Origin: Desulfotalea psychrophila LSv54
Lineage (GTDB): Bacteria; Desulfobacterota; Desulfobulbia; Desulfobulbales; Desulfocapsaceae
DNA: 32,000 nucleotides
Assembly: GCF_000025945.1 (NCBI RefSeq)
Contig: NC_006138.1
Location: 1,530,001-1,562,000 of the forward strand
Reading direction: 5' to 3'
Both the position numbers and the translations under genes were made by a program. The notes under the pieces are model-generated. The model worked only from the letters and a program-made list of their open reading frames with translations, was not told the origin of the DNA and ran no database searches. Shown one piece after another: positions 1 to 8,671 of this stretch (position 1 is the first letter of the stretch; each line of letters opens with the position of its first letter).

Positions 1-220
1 GGCATTAATTCCTTCACCGCAGGAGGCAATGTAAATCATTTTGAAATTGTTAGAAACGGTTTGATCCATCATAAGAGAGGCCTTTTGTAAGCTTTTTTTT
101 TGGGGTTAAGAATAAATTCATACAAAACCCAGCCCTAAGAGTCAAACCCTAAGGAGTTTGATTCTCTGGCTGATTAAGAGAAAAATTGGCGTCTATTCTC
201 CGTTCTTTCAGTTTTCCGGT

Positions 221-1147
221 CTATATCTGCCCATGGTAAAAGAAATCATAAAATGTGGCACTTTCTTTCTGTAGTAGTCCTACTTCAGCTAGTTGGAAAC
301 GGACCTTGTCTCCGGGCTTTCTTTGGGCAAGGCGGAAGATATCGCGTTGGCAGATAACGCCAACGATGGGATAGCCTCCCGTGCACTGGCGGTCGTTGAG
401 GAGGATTATAGGCTCACCCGCTGACGGGATCTGGATGGCCCCGCAGGGGACACCTGTTGAGAGGATATTGTTGCCCGTTCGTAGGAGAGGAGTGCCATTG
501 AGGCGATAGCCCATTCGGTCGGCGTCGTTGCTCACCGTATAGACCTTACTGAGAAATTCCTTAATGCTCTCTGGCTGAAACTCTGCAAAATGATAGCCGG
601 CGGTAAAGCGGAGGATGAGTTCCTCTTGGTAGTCCGGTATCCATTTTTTCGGTAGACGATAAGGGGCTGCCGTAGCCGGGCTCTTGTAGTGTAACCTATC
701 ACCTGCCGCTAGCTTTTTGCCATCATTGCCGCCGGTAACTTCTCGGATTACCGTGGAGGAACTGCCAAAAAATTGTGAGGTGGAAAAGCCGCCCGCCAGG
801 CTGAGATAGGATCGCAGTCCCGTTTTCATGATGCCAAAGCTTAACTTGTCGCCCGGGTAAACGGCTATGGAGGACCAGTTGGGGATATTGACTCCATTGA
901 TCTTTGCCTCCATCTCTGCCCCGGTTATGGCGATGCGGCTAGGCGCATCGAAGAGAAAGGAGCTGTTGCCGACCAGTATCTCCAGGGCTGGTGTTTCAGG
1001 ATGATTTTGTAGAATTCTGTTTGCCCAAAAGAAGGCATGCTTGTCCAGGGCTCCGGCTTCAGCCAGCCCCAGTTGTTGGCATTTTTCTCGGCCCTGATCC
1101 TGGATTGTTGTCAAGAATCCGCCCGTAAGTACCTGCATGGTGGCCAT
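221..1147 (-). CDS. pxpC: 5-oxoprolinase subunit C (PxpC; KipA / historical 'allophanate hydrolase subunit 2' family)
   Basis: 308-aa ORF with family-typical sequence (MQVLTGGFLTTIQDQGR..., ...GAIQIPSAGEPIILLNDRQCTGGYPIVGVI...). Its ATG overlaps the pxpB stop by 1 nt (TAATG, 1145-1149). It is the third gene of a pxpA-pxpB-pxpC string. Confidence 0.85.
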   Translation of the reverse strand: MATMQVLTGGFLTTIQDQGREKCQQLGLAEAGALDKHAFFWANRILQNHPETPALEILVGNSSFLFDAPSRIAITGAEMEAKINGVNIPNWSSIAVYPGDKLSFGIMKTGLRSYLSLAGGFSTSQFFGSSSTVIREVTGGNDGKKLAAGDRLHYKSPATAAPYRLPKKWIPDYQEELILRFTAGYHFAEFQPESIKEFLSKVYTVSNDADRMGYRLNGTPLLRTGNNILSTGVPCGAIQIPSAGEPIILLNDRQCTGGYPIVGVICQRDIFRLAQRKPGDKVRFQLAEVGLLQKESATFYDFFYHGQI

Positions 1148-1839
1148 TATAATATCCCCCCAAGTGCTAAAAACTCATCCCGGTTGATGGATTTGAACTG
1201 AACCATATCACCCTGTTGAAAAAGAGAGGGTTGTTCTCTTTTAGAATCAAAGACCGTAGTCGGTGTCCGGCCGATAATATGCCAGCCACCGGGCATCTCG
1301 ATGGGGTAGATTGCCGTTTGAAAATCGGCAATGGCGACGCTTCCCACGGGGATTTTTAGCTGTGGGGTCTTCCGGCGTGGCAGCTGCATCTGCTTTGGCA
1401 GATCTCCCATATAGGCGTATCCTGGACAAAATCCAAGCATATAGACAAAGAATGGAGAGGCCGTATGTCCTGCAATCAACTCCTCCAGGCTCAGGTTCAT
1501 ATCGGCTGTTATTTCATCTAGATATTCTGCTACTTCATGGTTGTAGTAGGTGGGGATCTCAATGATCTTGCCACGTCCGCTCTCTACTTTGGCCTCCATG
1601 GCAAGACTGGCCTCTACCTGTGCCAGAAAATCCCCATGCAAGTAGGGTTTGAAGGTGATAAGCAGGGCATTGTAGGAGGCAATGATATTGAGAATGCTCT
1701 CTCCCAACTCTGCTTCGATGACCCTTGCGCAGCTGGCAATATAGAGCGAAAGCGTCGTGCTGGCGGTCTCTCCGTATTTAATAAGCAGGGAGTTTTCCGA
1801 GACTGGGCTGATGGTATAGGGGATAGTTTTTTTATGCAT
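1147..1839 (-). CDS. pxpB: 5-oxoprolinase subunit B (PxpB; KipI / 'allophanate hydrolase subunit 1' family)
   Basis: 230-aa ORF with KipI-type sequence (...MLGFCPGYAYMGDLP..., ...IPVGSVAIADFQTAIYPIEMPGGWHIIGRTP...). Its start overlaps the pxpA stop by 8 nt (ATGCATAA, 1832-1839), which suggests translational coupling. Confidence 0.85.
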   Translation of the reverse strand: MHKKTIPYTISPVSENSLLIKYGETASTTLSLYIASCARVIEAELGESILNIIASYNALLITFKPYLHGDFLAQVEASLAMEAKVESGRGKIIEIPTYYNHEVAEYLDEITADMNLSLEELIAGHTASPFFVYMLGFCPGYAYMGDLPKQMQLPRRKTPQLKIPVGSVAIADFQTAIYPIEMPGGWHIIGRTPTTVFDSKREQPSLFQQGDMVQFKSINRDEFLALGGIL

Positions 1840-2557
1840 GCTCTTCTATGATTGTTTTAAACTCTTTAATGAGATGAGCCCCGTCGCCATCCCCGTGAAC
1901 GCAGAGGGAATCAATGGGAAAGTTGAGCGTATTACCAGCCCTTGAGAGAATGGCCCTGCCCAGGCAACAGTTCTTTACTCGCTGAATCATTTCAGCCTTT
2001 GCAATAAGAGCGCCCTCCTTATTTCGATTGATGAGCGAACCATCGTCTTCATAACCTCGGTCGACAAAGCCCTCCAGGATGATTTCGGTGCCGTATTCGG
2101 TGGCGAGTTTTTTGTGCTCCTGCCAGCGAGCGGTTGCTAAGATCATGAGCTTGCACTCCATCTTGGCTGCAACTTGAAGGGCGGCCCGGAGGATGGCCTC
2201 GTCTCGCATCATGGTGTTGTAGAGGGCGCCATGGGGCTTGATATAGTCGAGGCTAACCTCATGTATTCGACAAAAAGCAGAGAGGGCACCCACCTGATAG
2301 AGCATTGTGTTTTTACATTCACTCGGGGAAAGTGCCATGTTTCTTCGGCCAAAACCCTGCAGGTCGGGATAACCGGGATGGGCACCAATGCGTACGCCAT
2401 ATGTCTTGGCCAGAGTAACGGTGTGATTCATTACCTCGGGGTCTGAGGCGTGCATTCCGCAGGCAATATTGGCCATATCAACATGGGGCATAATTTTATC
2501 ATCCTGGCTAATGCTGTAGTTGCCAAAACTTTCTCCCATATCGCAGTTGAGTAACAT
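1832..2557 (-). CDS. pxpA: 5-oxoprolinase subunit A (PxpA; LamB/YcsF family)
   Basis: 241-aa ORF with LamB/YcsF hallmarks: MLLNCDMGESFG, ANIACGMHASDP, GAHPGYPDLQGFGRR, IKPHGALYN. Confidence 0.9.
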   Translation of the reverse strand: MLLNCDMGESFGNYSISQDDKIMPHVDMANIACGMHASDPEVMNHTVTLAKTYGVRIGAHPGYPDLQGFGRRNMALSPSECKNTMLYQVGALSAFCRIHEVSLDYIKPHGALYNTMMRDEAILRAALQVAAKMECKLMILATARWQEHKKLATEYGTEIILEGFVDRGYEDDGSLINRNKEGALIAKAEMIQRVKNCCLGRAILSRAGNTLNFPIDSLCVHGDGDGAHLIKEFKTIIEEHA

Positions 2558-2672
2558 GAACTATTTCCTATATTATTTGAGGGTTGTAAAAGAGGTATTG
2601 CTAGCACCATGAGCAGGGCCTTTGAGAACCAGCCTGTGGCGCAATAAAATGTGGATAAATTAATCCCATTAA

Positions 2673-2708
2673 TATAACAGATAAATGGTAGAGATATAAC
2701 AGATAAAT
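2673..2708. repeat. Two copies of the 15-bp direct repeat ATATAACAGATAAAT, start-to-start spacing 21 bp, in the pxpA/ade divergent intergenic region
   Basis: Read directly: copies at 2673-2687 and 2694-2708. A third GATAAAT core lies at 2654-2660. The two-helical-turn phasing suggests a protein-binding site. The function is not established. Confidence 0.4.
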
Positions 2709-3202
2709 TGCATATAGGTGTGAGCCATTCCTGCTTTGCAGGGATTCTTTGTTGGGTATGAATAGATAACTATGTCTATACTTTGGGGAAAAATTATTCA
2801 ATACCGTGACAGGAGCAGTGGGGCCCTGATGATTTATTTTAGTTAAAAGAGTTTGATTATTTCTTTGAAATTTTAGAATAGATAAGCAGAGAGAGCTTCT
2901 CTCTCAATTTTACTAATAGCCCGGAAAACTAAAATTTTCCATTCTGAAAAAAAGCTATTTTTTATAGATATTTCAATTTGATAATGCGTAACCCTGGCAA
3001 ATAAAAAAGTTAGTAAAGCACCACGCTGTGCTATTGATATTGAAAAAAACTTCAGATCGTTTATTATAGTGTCCTTCAAAGCGGGCGCTAAGTTAAGTGC
3101 CCGTAATCTCATTATAAATTCGTCGAGATATGTGCTGCAGGACGGGAAACCTGATTTGTCAGTAATGACCTGCCTATCTCATAACTATTTATAGGAGGTT
3201 TT

Positions 3203-4987
3203 ATGCAAGTAAGTAAGGATGCGCTGAAACAACTCATTCGGGCTGGAAGAGGAGTTATTCCGGCCAGCAAGGTTCTCGAAGGTGGTTATTTAGTCAATGT
3301 CATGTCTAACGAGGTCTATCTTGCGGATGTCGCGATCTACGAAGAGAGAATCGTCGCCATCGGCAAGGTCGAAGAGTATAAAGGGCCAGAAACAGAGGTT
3401 ATTGATGTAACCGGCCTCTATCTGCTACCTGGACTAATCGATGGCCATCTCCACAGCGAGTGCAGTAAGCTCAGCATCACCAGTTTTGCCAAAGCAGTTG
3501 TCCCCTGCGGAACCACAAGTATTGTCTCCGGCCTCGATGAGTATATCTCGGTTTCCGGACTTGAAGGTCTGCAAGAAGTTTTCAAGGAAGTCAAAAAAAG
3601 CCCGCTTAAAGTTTTCTGGGGCGCCCCCTACAAAACCCCATACACCTTTCCAAAATCCACAGTAGCCTTTAATTTCACTGAAGAAGTTCACCAAGAAGTT
3701 CAGCAATGGCCAGAGTGTTTTGGCGTTTGGGAGACTGTTCGCGAAGCCGTTCAAGAAGAGGATGAAGATACTCTTGGAGCGCTTGCTACAGCCCAGAACA
3801 ATCGCTTGCCCATCTTTGGTTGCGCTCCCATGGCCCGGGGCAAAGAGCTTAACGGCTATCTCTGTGCCGGGGTTCGTCTTGACCACGAGAGTTATGACCA
3901 TGAAGAGGTTGTGGAGAAGATGCGTAACGGCATGCATATGCTCATTCGTGAATCTTCTGTTACCCATTTCCTCGAGGAAAATATCCGAGCTGTAACCGAG
4001 GTTAACCCCTATCTTGCCCGGCGAGTAAGTTTTTGTACCGATGATGTGACCGCCACCGATATCTTGGAAAAAGGGCATATGGATAATGTGGTACGTCAGG
4101 CGATTAAAGCAGGTGTTGAGCCAATAACCGCAATTCAGATGGCCACCATCAACAGTGCTGAGGCCTACCGTATTGATCACCTTGTCGGTTCCATTACCCC
4201 TGGTAAAATTGCTGATATTGTTATGGTTGATAGCCTTGAGGGTTTTCAGGTACAGGCGGTACTCACCGATGGCAAGCTGGTGGCACGGGATAAAAAGATG
4301 AGCTATGAGCTCAAGGCCCCGGCCCGAAGCAGCGTCCTCAGTTGCGCGCTTAAGTGCGCTACGACCACCCCAGAAGATTTTCAGTACCGGGTCGAGATCG
4401 AGCAGGGAACCGCTGAGGTGCTCTCGATGAATGTTAAGGGACCATTTGTTCGTAAAAGAAGGGATGTTACCTTGCAGGTTGCGAACCATATTGTTCAAGC
4501 CGATACCGAAAACGATGTGTTGATGGTTTCAGTGCTTGAGCGATTTGGCCGCAACGGCAATAAATCTCTCGCATTTTGTTCAGGATGGAAGTTGAAAAAA
4601 GGAGCCATGGCCTCCTCTGCTGCCCCCGATGATAACAATATTATTGTTATGGGTGCGGATGCCAGTGATATGTCGATTGCGGTTAATCACCTCATTGAAA
4701 ATGGTGGTGGCCAAGTTATTGTGGCAGATGGCGAGATACTCGAATTCCTCGCATTGCCGGTTGGTGGTATTGTCAGCGATCTTGAGGCAGAAGAGATTGC
4801 TCGCCAAGAGTCACTACTGACCAAGGCTGCAAACAGCTTGGGCTGCGATCTTCCCGATCCCTTGATGTATATGTTCTTTTTGCCAATCACCGCTATTCCT
4901 GATTATGCAATCACCGATGTAGGGCCCGTGGACTGTATCGCCCTTACCACATTTGATCCAATTCTTGCCCTCAATCCAGGCAAATAG
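3203..4987 (+). CDS. Divergent adenine-deaminase-like amidohydrolase (paralogue 1)
   Basis: 594-aa ORF with a strong SD (AGGAGG, 3193-3198). It is collinear with the canonical adenine deaminase that follows (LPGLIDGHLHSE, LDHESY, FCTDDV, ITAIQMATINSAEAY, PGKIADIVMVD). Several conserved His positions are replaced; see findings. Confidence 0.75.
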   Translation: MQVSKDALKQLIRAGRGVIPASKVLEGGYLVNVMSNEVYLADVAIYEERIVAIGKVEEYKGPETEVIDVTGLYLLPGLIDGHLHSECSKLSITSFAKAVVPCGTTSIVSGLDEYISVSGLEGLQEVFKEVKKSPLKVFWGAPYKTPYTFPKSTVAFNFTEEVHQEVQQWPECFGVWETVREAVQEEDEDTLGALATAQNNRLPIFGCAPMARGKELNGYLCAGVRLDHESYDHEEVVEKMRNGMHMLIRESSVTHFLEENIRAVTEVNPYLARRVSFCTDDVTATDILEKGHMDNVVRQAIKAGVEPITAIQMATINSAEAYRIDHLVGSITPGKIADIVMVDSLEGFQVQAVLTDGKLVARDKKMSYELKAPARSSVLSCALKCATTTPEDFQYRVEIEQGTAEVLSMNVKGPFVRKRRDVTLQVANHIVQADTENDVLMVSVLERFGRNGNKSLAFCSGWKLKKGAMASSAAPDDNNIIVMGADASDMSIAVNHLIENGGGQVIVADGEILEFLALPVGGIVSDLEAEEIARQESLLTKAANSLGCDLPDPLMYMFFLPITAIPDYAITDVGPVDCIALTTFDPILALNPGK

Positions 4988-4995
4988 GGGCGGCG

Positions 4996-6726
4996 ATGAA
5001 CAAAGAAGCGCTTAAGCGCCTAATCGCTGTTGCTGCTGGAAGAGAAGAACCTGATCTTGTTATTAAAAATGCTAAGGTGGTCGATGTCTTTAACGCTCGG
5101 GTTATTCAGGGTGATATTGCCATCGTCGATGGACTTATTGCCGGGGTAGGCGACTATAGTTGCAAAAACGAGTTGGATGCCGAGGGCCAGTATGCCGCCC
5201 CCGGTTTTATCGATAGCCATATTCATATCGAATCCTCCTATGTTAGTCCGGAAGAGCTTGGTCGCTTGCTTGTACCCCATGGCACCACAACCATCATTGC
5301 TGATCCCCATGAGATTGCCAATGTTTGCGGCTTAAAGGGTCTTGATTATATGATTGAGGCGGCCAAGAGGACAGCTCTCGATGTGCAGATGATGTTGCCC
5401 TCATGTGTCCCCGCCACCCCTTTTGAGCATAGTGGTGCCAATATCGATGCCCGAGAGATGGAGAAGCCGATCACCTATGATGAGGTACTTGGTCTTGGTG
5501 AATTTATGGATTTTCCTGGTGTTATCAATGGGGTTGATGCCACAATTGAAAAATTGTTAGTGGCAAAACGAGCCGGTAAACCCATTGATGGGCATAGCCC
5601 CGGTGTTTCAGGAAACGCCCTTAACGCCTATGCCAGTGCCCGAATAGGTACAGACCATGAGTGCGCCACAGTTGAAGAGATGCATGAGCGAATCGCCCGG
5701 GGAATGTATGTTCTCCTGCGCCAGGGTTCGGCATGCTACAACCTACGAACACTTCTCAAAGGTGTTACCCCGGTAAATAGCCGGCGTTGTCTTTTTTGTG
5801 CCGATGATTGTCAACCCAAAACTATTCTCAGTCTTGGCCACCTTGATAATCATCTGCGCATCTGTGCCGAGGAGGGTATCGACCCGATCATGGCAATCCA
5901 GATGGCCACCATCAATGCCGCGGAGTGTTTTGGCCTTAAGGATCGCGGCGCTATTGCTCCAGGTCTTAAGGCGGATATTGTCCTGATGGATTCTCTTACC
6001 AATTGTAGGGTAGAGAAGGTGTGGATTGATGGCGTGCTTATCGCAGATTCTGGGAAGTATCTTCCTGAGATCAAGCGCCATGATATTAGCTCCACCAAGG
6101 GCAATTTCAAGGTTAAAGATTTCTCTGTCAAAAAACTCAAACTTGCTATTCAATCCCCGCAAGCTCACGTCATCAATATCTTGCCAGGCGGTGTTGTGAC
6201 CAGCAAAGAAGTTGTTGCGATCAACAGAAACAGCGACAACGAATTTGTCTATGGTCACGGGCAGGATGTGGTCAAAATTGCAGTGGTTGAGCGGCATCAA
6301 AATACGGGTAATGTCGCAGTTGCCCTGCTTCAAGGATATGGAATAAAAAGGGGGGCAATTGCCCTCTCCGTGGCTCATGACTCCCACAATATCATCGTGG
6401 TGGGGGTAGATGATACCGATATGGCCTGTGCGGTCGAGGCCTTGATTGCTCAGGATGGCGGTATTGTTTTGGTTAATGGCGAAGAGGTGGTGGAGAGCAT
6501 GCCGATGCCCATTGCTGGACTTATGAGCGATCAATGCGGGGAGTGGGTTGAGGCAAAACTCACTTCCATTCATAGCAAGGCCCATGAAGTTCTTGGGGTT
6601 AATGCCGATGTTGAACCGGTTATGACTCTCTGTTTTATGTCACTTGCTGTGATCCCGGAGATAAAATTGACTGACATGGGGCTCTTTGACGTTACCAAAT
6701 TTGACTTTATTTCACTCGAAGCATAA
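4996..6726 (+). CDS. ade: Adenine deaminase (paralogue 2, canonical motifs)
   Basis: 576-aa ORF starting 8 nt after paralogue 1. It carries the canonical Ade motifs: PGFIDSHIHIESS, VPHGTTTIIADPHEIANV, IDGHSPG, GTDHEC, FCADDC, SVAHDSHNIIVVG. Confidence 0.85.
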   Translation: MNKEALKRLIAVAAGREEPDLVIKNAKVVDVFNARVIQGDIAIVDGLIAGVGDYSCKNELDAEGQYAAPGFIDSHIHIESSYVSPEELGRLLVPHGTTTIIADPHEIANVCGLKGLDYMIEAAKRTALDVQMMLPSCVPATPFEHSGANIDAREMEKPITYDEVLGLGEFMDFPGVINGVDATIEKLLVAKRAGKPIDGHSPGVSGNALNAYASARIGTDHECATVEEMHERIARGMYVLLRQGSACYNLRTLLKGVTPVNSRRCLFCADDCQPKTILSLGHLDNHLRICAEEGIDPIMAIQMATINAAECFGLKDRGAIAPGLKADIVLMDSLTNCRVEKVWIDGVLIADSGKYLPEIKRHDISSTKGNFKVKDFSVKKLKLAIQSPQAHVINILPGGVVTSKEVVAINRNSDNEFVYGHGQDVVKIAVVERHQNTGNVAVALLQGYGIKRGAIALSVAHDSHNIIVVGVDDTDMACAVEALIAQDGGIVLVNGEEVVESMPMPIAGLMSDQCGEWVEAKLTSIHSKAHEVLGVNADVEPVMTLCFMSLAVIPEIKLTDMGLFDVTKFDFISLEA

Positions 6727-6752
6727 ATAGAAATTGTAGACTACCCGAAAAA

Positions 6753-8300
6753 ATGAAATTACCTCTTTTTTGCAAAGGCGATATAGGTGCACTTGCCTAT
6801 ATCTTGGCCAATAATATTGTTAATTATATCATCGTTATTGCTACACTTTCTGGCGTGTTGGGCTGGCCGGATGAAATTGTCTATGGCCGGGTGATTCCAG
6901 GGCTATCAATGGGGCTTATGGTAAGCGGTCTTTACTATGCCTATATTGCTCATCGCCTTGCGCTCAAGGAGGGGCATAGTGTTACCGCTCTTCCTTCAGG
7001 TGTCTCCACTCCGGCGATGTTTGTTATCCTCTTTGGGGTAATCATGCCCCTGCATTACGCCCTTGATAACCCTGAGCTTGAATGGTCCGCCGCCGTTGCC
7101 GCCTGTTTTCTTGGCGGAGTCATTGAGTTTATGGGCGGATTTATTGGTCCATGGCTTAAGGCCAAGATTCCACGGGCTGCGCTTTTAGGAACTGTTGCCG
7201 GTATTGGTTTTATCTGGATGTCCACTCAAGGGGTTTTTGATCTCTACAGTGATCCTATTGTTGGCCTGCCAATTTTAGCCGTTGCCCTTATGGGCGTTTT
7301 TGGTGGATACCTCTTTCCCAAAAGAATTCCACCCTTTGCTGTGGCCATTGTCGGCGGTATTGTTTATGCCTTCCTCCTCGGGCGTACCAGCATTGATTTT
7401 ACCGGGATTGGTTTCTATGCGCCAAATCCGGTAAATGGTTTTGAGGCGCTGGTTAGCGGCTTTGCCGTGGTTCTGCCCTATCTTTCGGTTATTATCCCCA
7501 TTGAGATCTATAACTTCATTGAGACCATGGATAATGTCGAGTCGGCTAATGCGGCGGGGGACAACTACAATGTTCGCCATGCTCAGTTTGCTGATGGTAT
7601 CGCTACCATGATCTCCGCTCTTTTTGGGGGGGTAGTGCCCAATACTGTTTGGCTTGGCCACGCTGGTCTGAAAAAGGCGGGTGCGGGTATTGGATTTTCC
7701 TGGGTTGGGGCTCTGCTACTAGGCTTTTCTGGAATATTTGGCCTCTTCACCTTTTTTAGTGCCCTGGTGCCACCGGCAGTTGCCGCTATCACCTATCTTT
7801 GGTGTGCCACCGTTATGCTTTCCCAAGCTTTTCGAGTTTGCGATCCCAGGCATTATGCGGGTATTGGTATTGCTATGGTTCCCCCCATCGCCGATTATCT
7901 CTATACTCAGATTACCGGAGCCGTGGGTATGTCTGGGGTCTGGGCTGAGACCCAAGCCTCTGGACTTACTGGATATCAGGCTGAAGTAACAAGAAATCTT
8001 TTGGATGCAGGAGTTATGTGGAACGGTGTCCCGGCGGTTAAGGCGGGTGCCATTATCATCGGAATCATCCTCGGCAGCTTTGTGGTTTTTATTATTGATA
8101 GACGACTCGACAAAGCAGGAATCGTTGCATTTGCTGCGGCTGGGCTCTCATGTTTGGGTTTTATCCATAGCGCCATGCTTGGCTTTTTCCCGCACTCACC
8201 CTTTGTTCTTGCCTACCTTATCATGGGCGCTGTCTGCCTTCTTCTCCATAGCGGGCGGGGCAGGTGGTTTGATGGTGAAAAAGATTTTGATTATGTCTAG
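6753..8300 (+). CDS. Polytopic permease, probably a distant NCS2/AzgA-type nucleobase transporter
   Basis: 515-aa highly hydrophobic ORF directly downstream of ade. The segment ...ETMDNVESANAAGDNY...FADGIATMISALFGG...WLGHAGLKKAGAGIGFSWVGALLLGF... aligns by eye with the conserved AzgA/PurP region (...ES.aG...GgRTGLt...). An ade gene next to an adenine permease is a known arrangement (E. coli ade-adeQ). The family call is tentative. Confidence 0.55.
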   Translation: MKLPLFCKGDIGALAYILANNIVNYIIVIATLSGVLGWPDEIVYGRVIPGLSMGLMVSGLYYAYIAHRLALKEGHSVTALPSGVSTPAMFVILFGVIMPLHYALDNPELEWSAAVAACFLGGVIEFMGGFIGPWLKAKIPRAALLGTVAGIGFIWMSTQGVFDLYSDPIVGLPILAVALMGVFGGYLFPKRIPPFAVAIVGGIVYAFLLGRTSIDFTGIGFYAPNPVNGFEALVSGFAVVLPYLSVIIPIEIYNFIETMDNVESANAAGDNYNVRHAQFADGIATMISALFGGVVPNTVWLGHAGLKKAGAGIGFSWVGALLLGFSGIFGLFTFFSALVPPAVAAITYLWCATVMLSQAFRVCDPRHYAGIGIAMVPPIADYLYTQITGAVGMSGVWAETQASGLTGYQAEVTRNLLDAGVMWNGVPAVKAGAIIIGIILGSFVVFIIDRRLDKAGIVAFAAAGLSCLGFIHSAMLGFFPHSPFVLAYLIMGAVCLLLHSGRGRWFDGEKDFDYV

Positions 8301-8310
8301 CCAGAGTTAC

Positions 8311-8373
8311 GCTTAGTCCAACAAATAAAGCCCCATAATAGCAACTATTATGGGGCTTTTTGTTGGACTAAGC
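8311..8373 (+). terminator. Long hairpin / rho-independent terminator after the ade-ade-permease operon
   Basis: GCTTAGTCCAACAAATAAAGCCCCATAATA-gcaac-TATTATGGGGCTTTTTGTTGGACTAAGC. The inner stem AGCCCCATAATA/TATTATGGGGCT is followed by TTTTGTT. The outer arms extend pairing to about 28 bp with a 2-nt bulge. It starts 11 nt after the stop codon. Confidence 0.7.
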
Positions 8374-8635
8374 GGGCCCTACTCGGTAAGAGCGGCCTTT
8401 CCTCCATCGGCGATTCCATACTTGCAGCGGCCAGGACTCCACCATATCAGGGCAGGATCAGATGGAACTCTTCATCGGTAGAAATGTTGCACCTATTGTT
8501 TGAACTCAGCGTGAAATATTATACATCTTTTAAAGATAGATGTTGGGGCCTCTAAAATTGATTGGTGAAAATCACTTGGTTTTTAACGGTCTTGAAGGAG
8601 ATATATCTCTGCATGAAGGATAGGTTCCAGGCGAT

Positions 8636-8668
8636 AAGTGGGCCGGCAGAGAGGCTGGCCCACTTTTT
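8636..8668 (+). terminator. Hairpin plus T5 tract oriented for the + strand; no annotated + strand gene upstream ('orphan' terminator)
   Basis: AAGTGGGCC-ggcagagaggct-GGCCCACTT followed by TTT, with the T-run at 8664-8668. On the minus strand, downstream of the bPH gene, the same stem is followed only by TT. It may act weakly in both directions. Confidence 0.5.
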
Positions 8669-8671
8669 GTC

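Noticed and set aside
1-90. Window-edge partial ORFs: a minus-strand start (ATGATGGATCAAACC..., 72 down to 1) and, alternatively, a + strand C-terminus ending at TAA 88-90
   Set aside because: Both frames are open and too short to identify. Neither has decisive signals, so neither is reported as a feature.
221-1839. Reading pxpB and pxpC as 'allophanate hydrolase' subunits that would consume urea released by the ureohydrolase at 24962-25912
   Set aside because: That name is historical. With the LamB/YcsF partner, these proteins form the prokaryotic 5-oxoprolinase PxpABC. No urea carboxylase or biotin-carrier component is present.
2601-3112. ORFs 2601-2801 (66 aa) and 2873-3112 (79 aa) in the pxpA/ade intergenic region
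   Set aside because: They are AT-rich and of low complexity, with no SD and no family resemblance. They are more plausibly non-coding regulatory DNA.
3100-3202. Possible purine riboswitch in front of the adenine deaminase operon (fragments such as GAGATATG and GGGAAACC vaguely recall the purine aptamer)
   Set aside because: I could not form the P2 and P3 helices or find the conserved loop and junction sequences (GAUAUGG, GUUUCUACC, CCGUAAA). A covariance-model scan would settle the question.
3434-4498. Very long (354 aa) antisense ORF inside the first adenine-deaminase paralogue
   Set aside because: It is exactly codon-aligned with the sense frame (3434-3203 = 231, divisible by 3). It therefore stays open whenever the sense gene avoids TTA, CTA and TCA codons. 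It has no SD and no recognisable domain, whereas the sense frame carries clear amidohydrolase motifs.
5743-6585. 280-aa antisense ORF inside ade (paralogue 2)
   Set aside because: This is the same codon-aligned shadow-frame situation (5743-4996 = 747, divisible by 3). It has no family resemblance.
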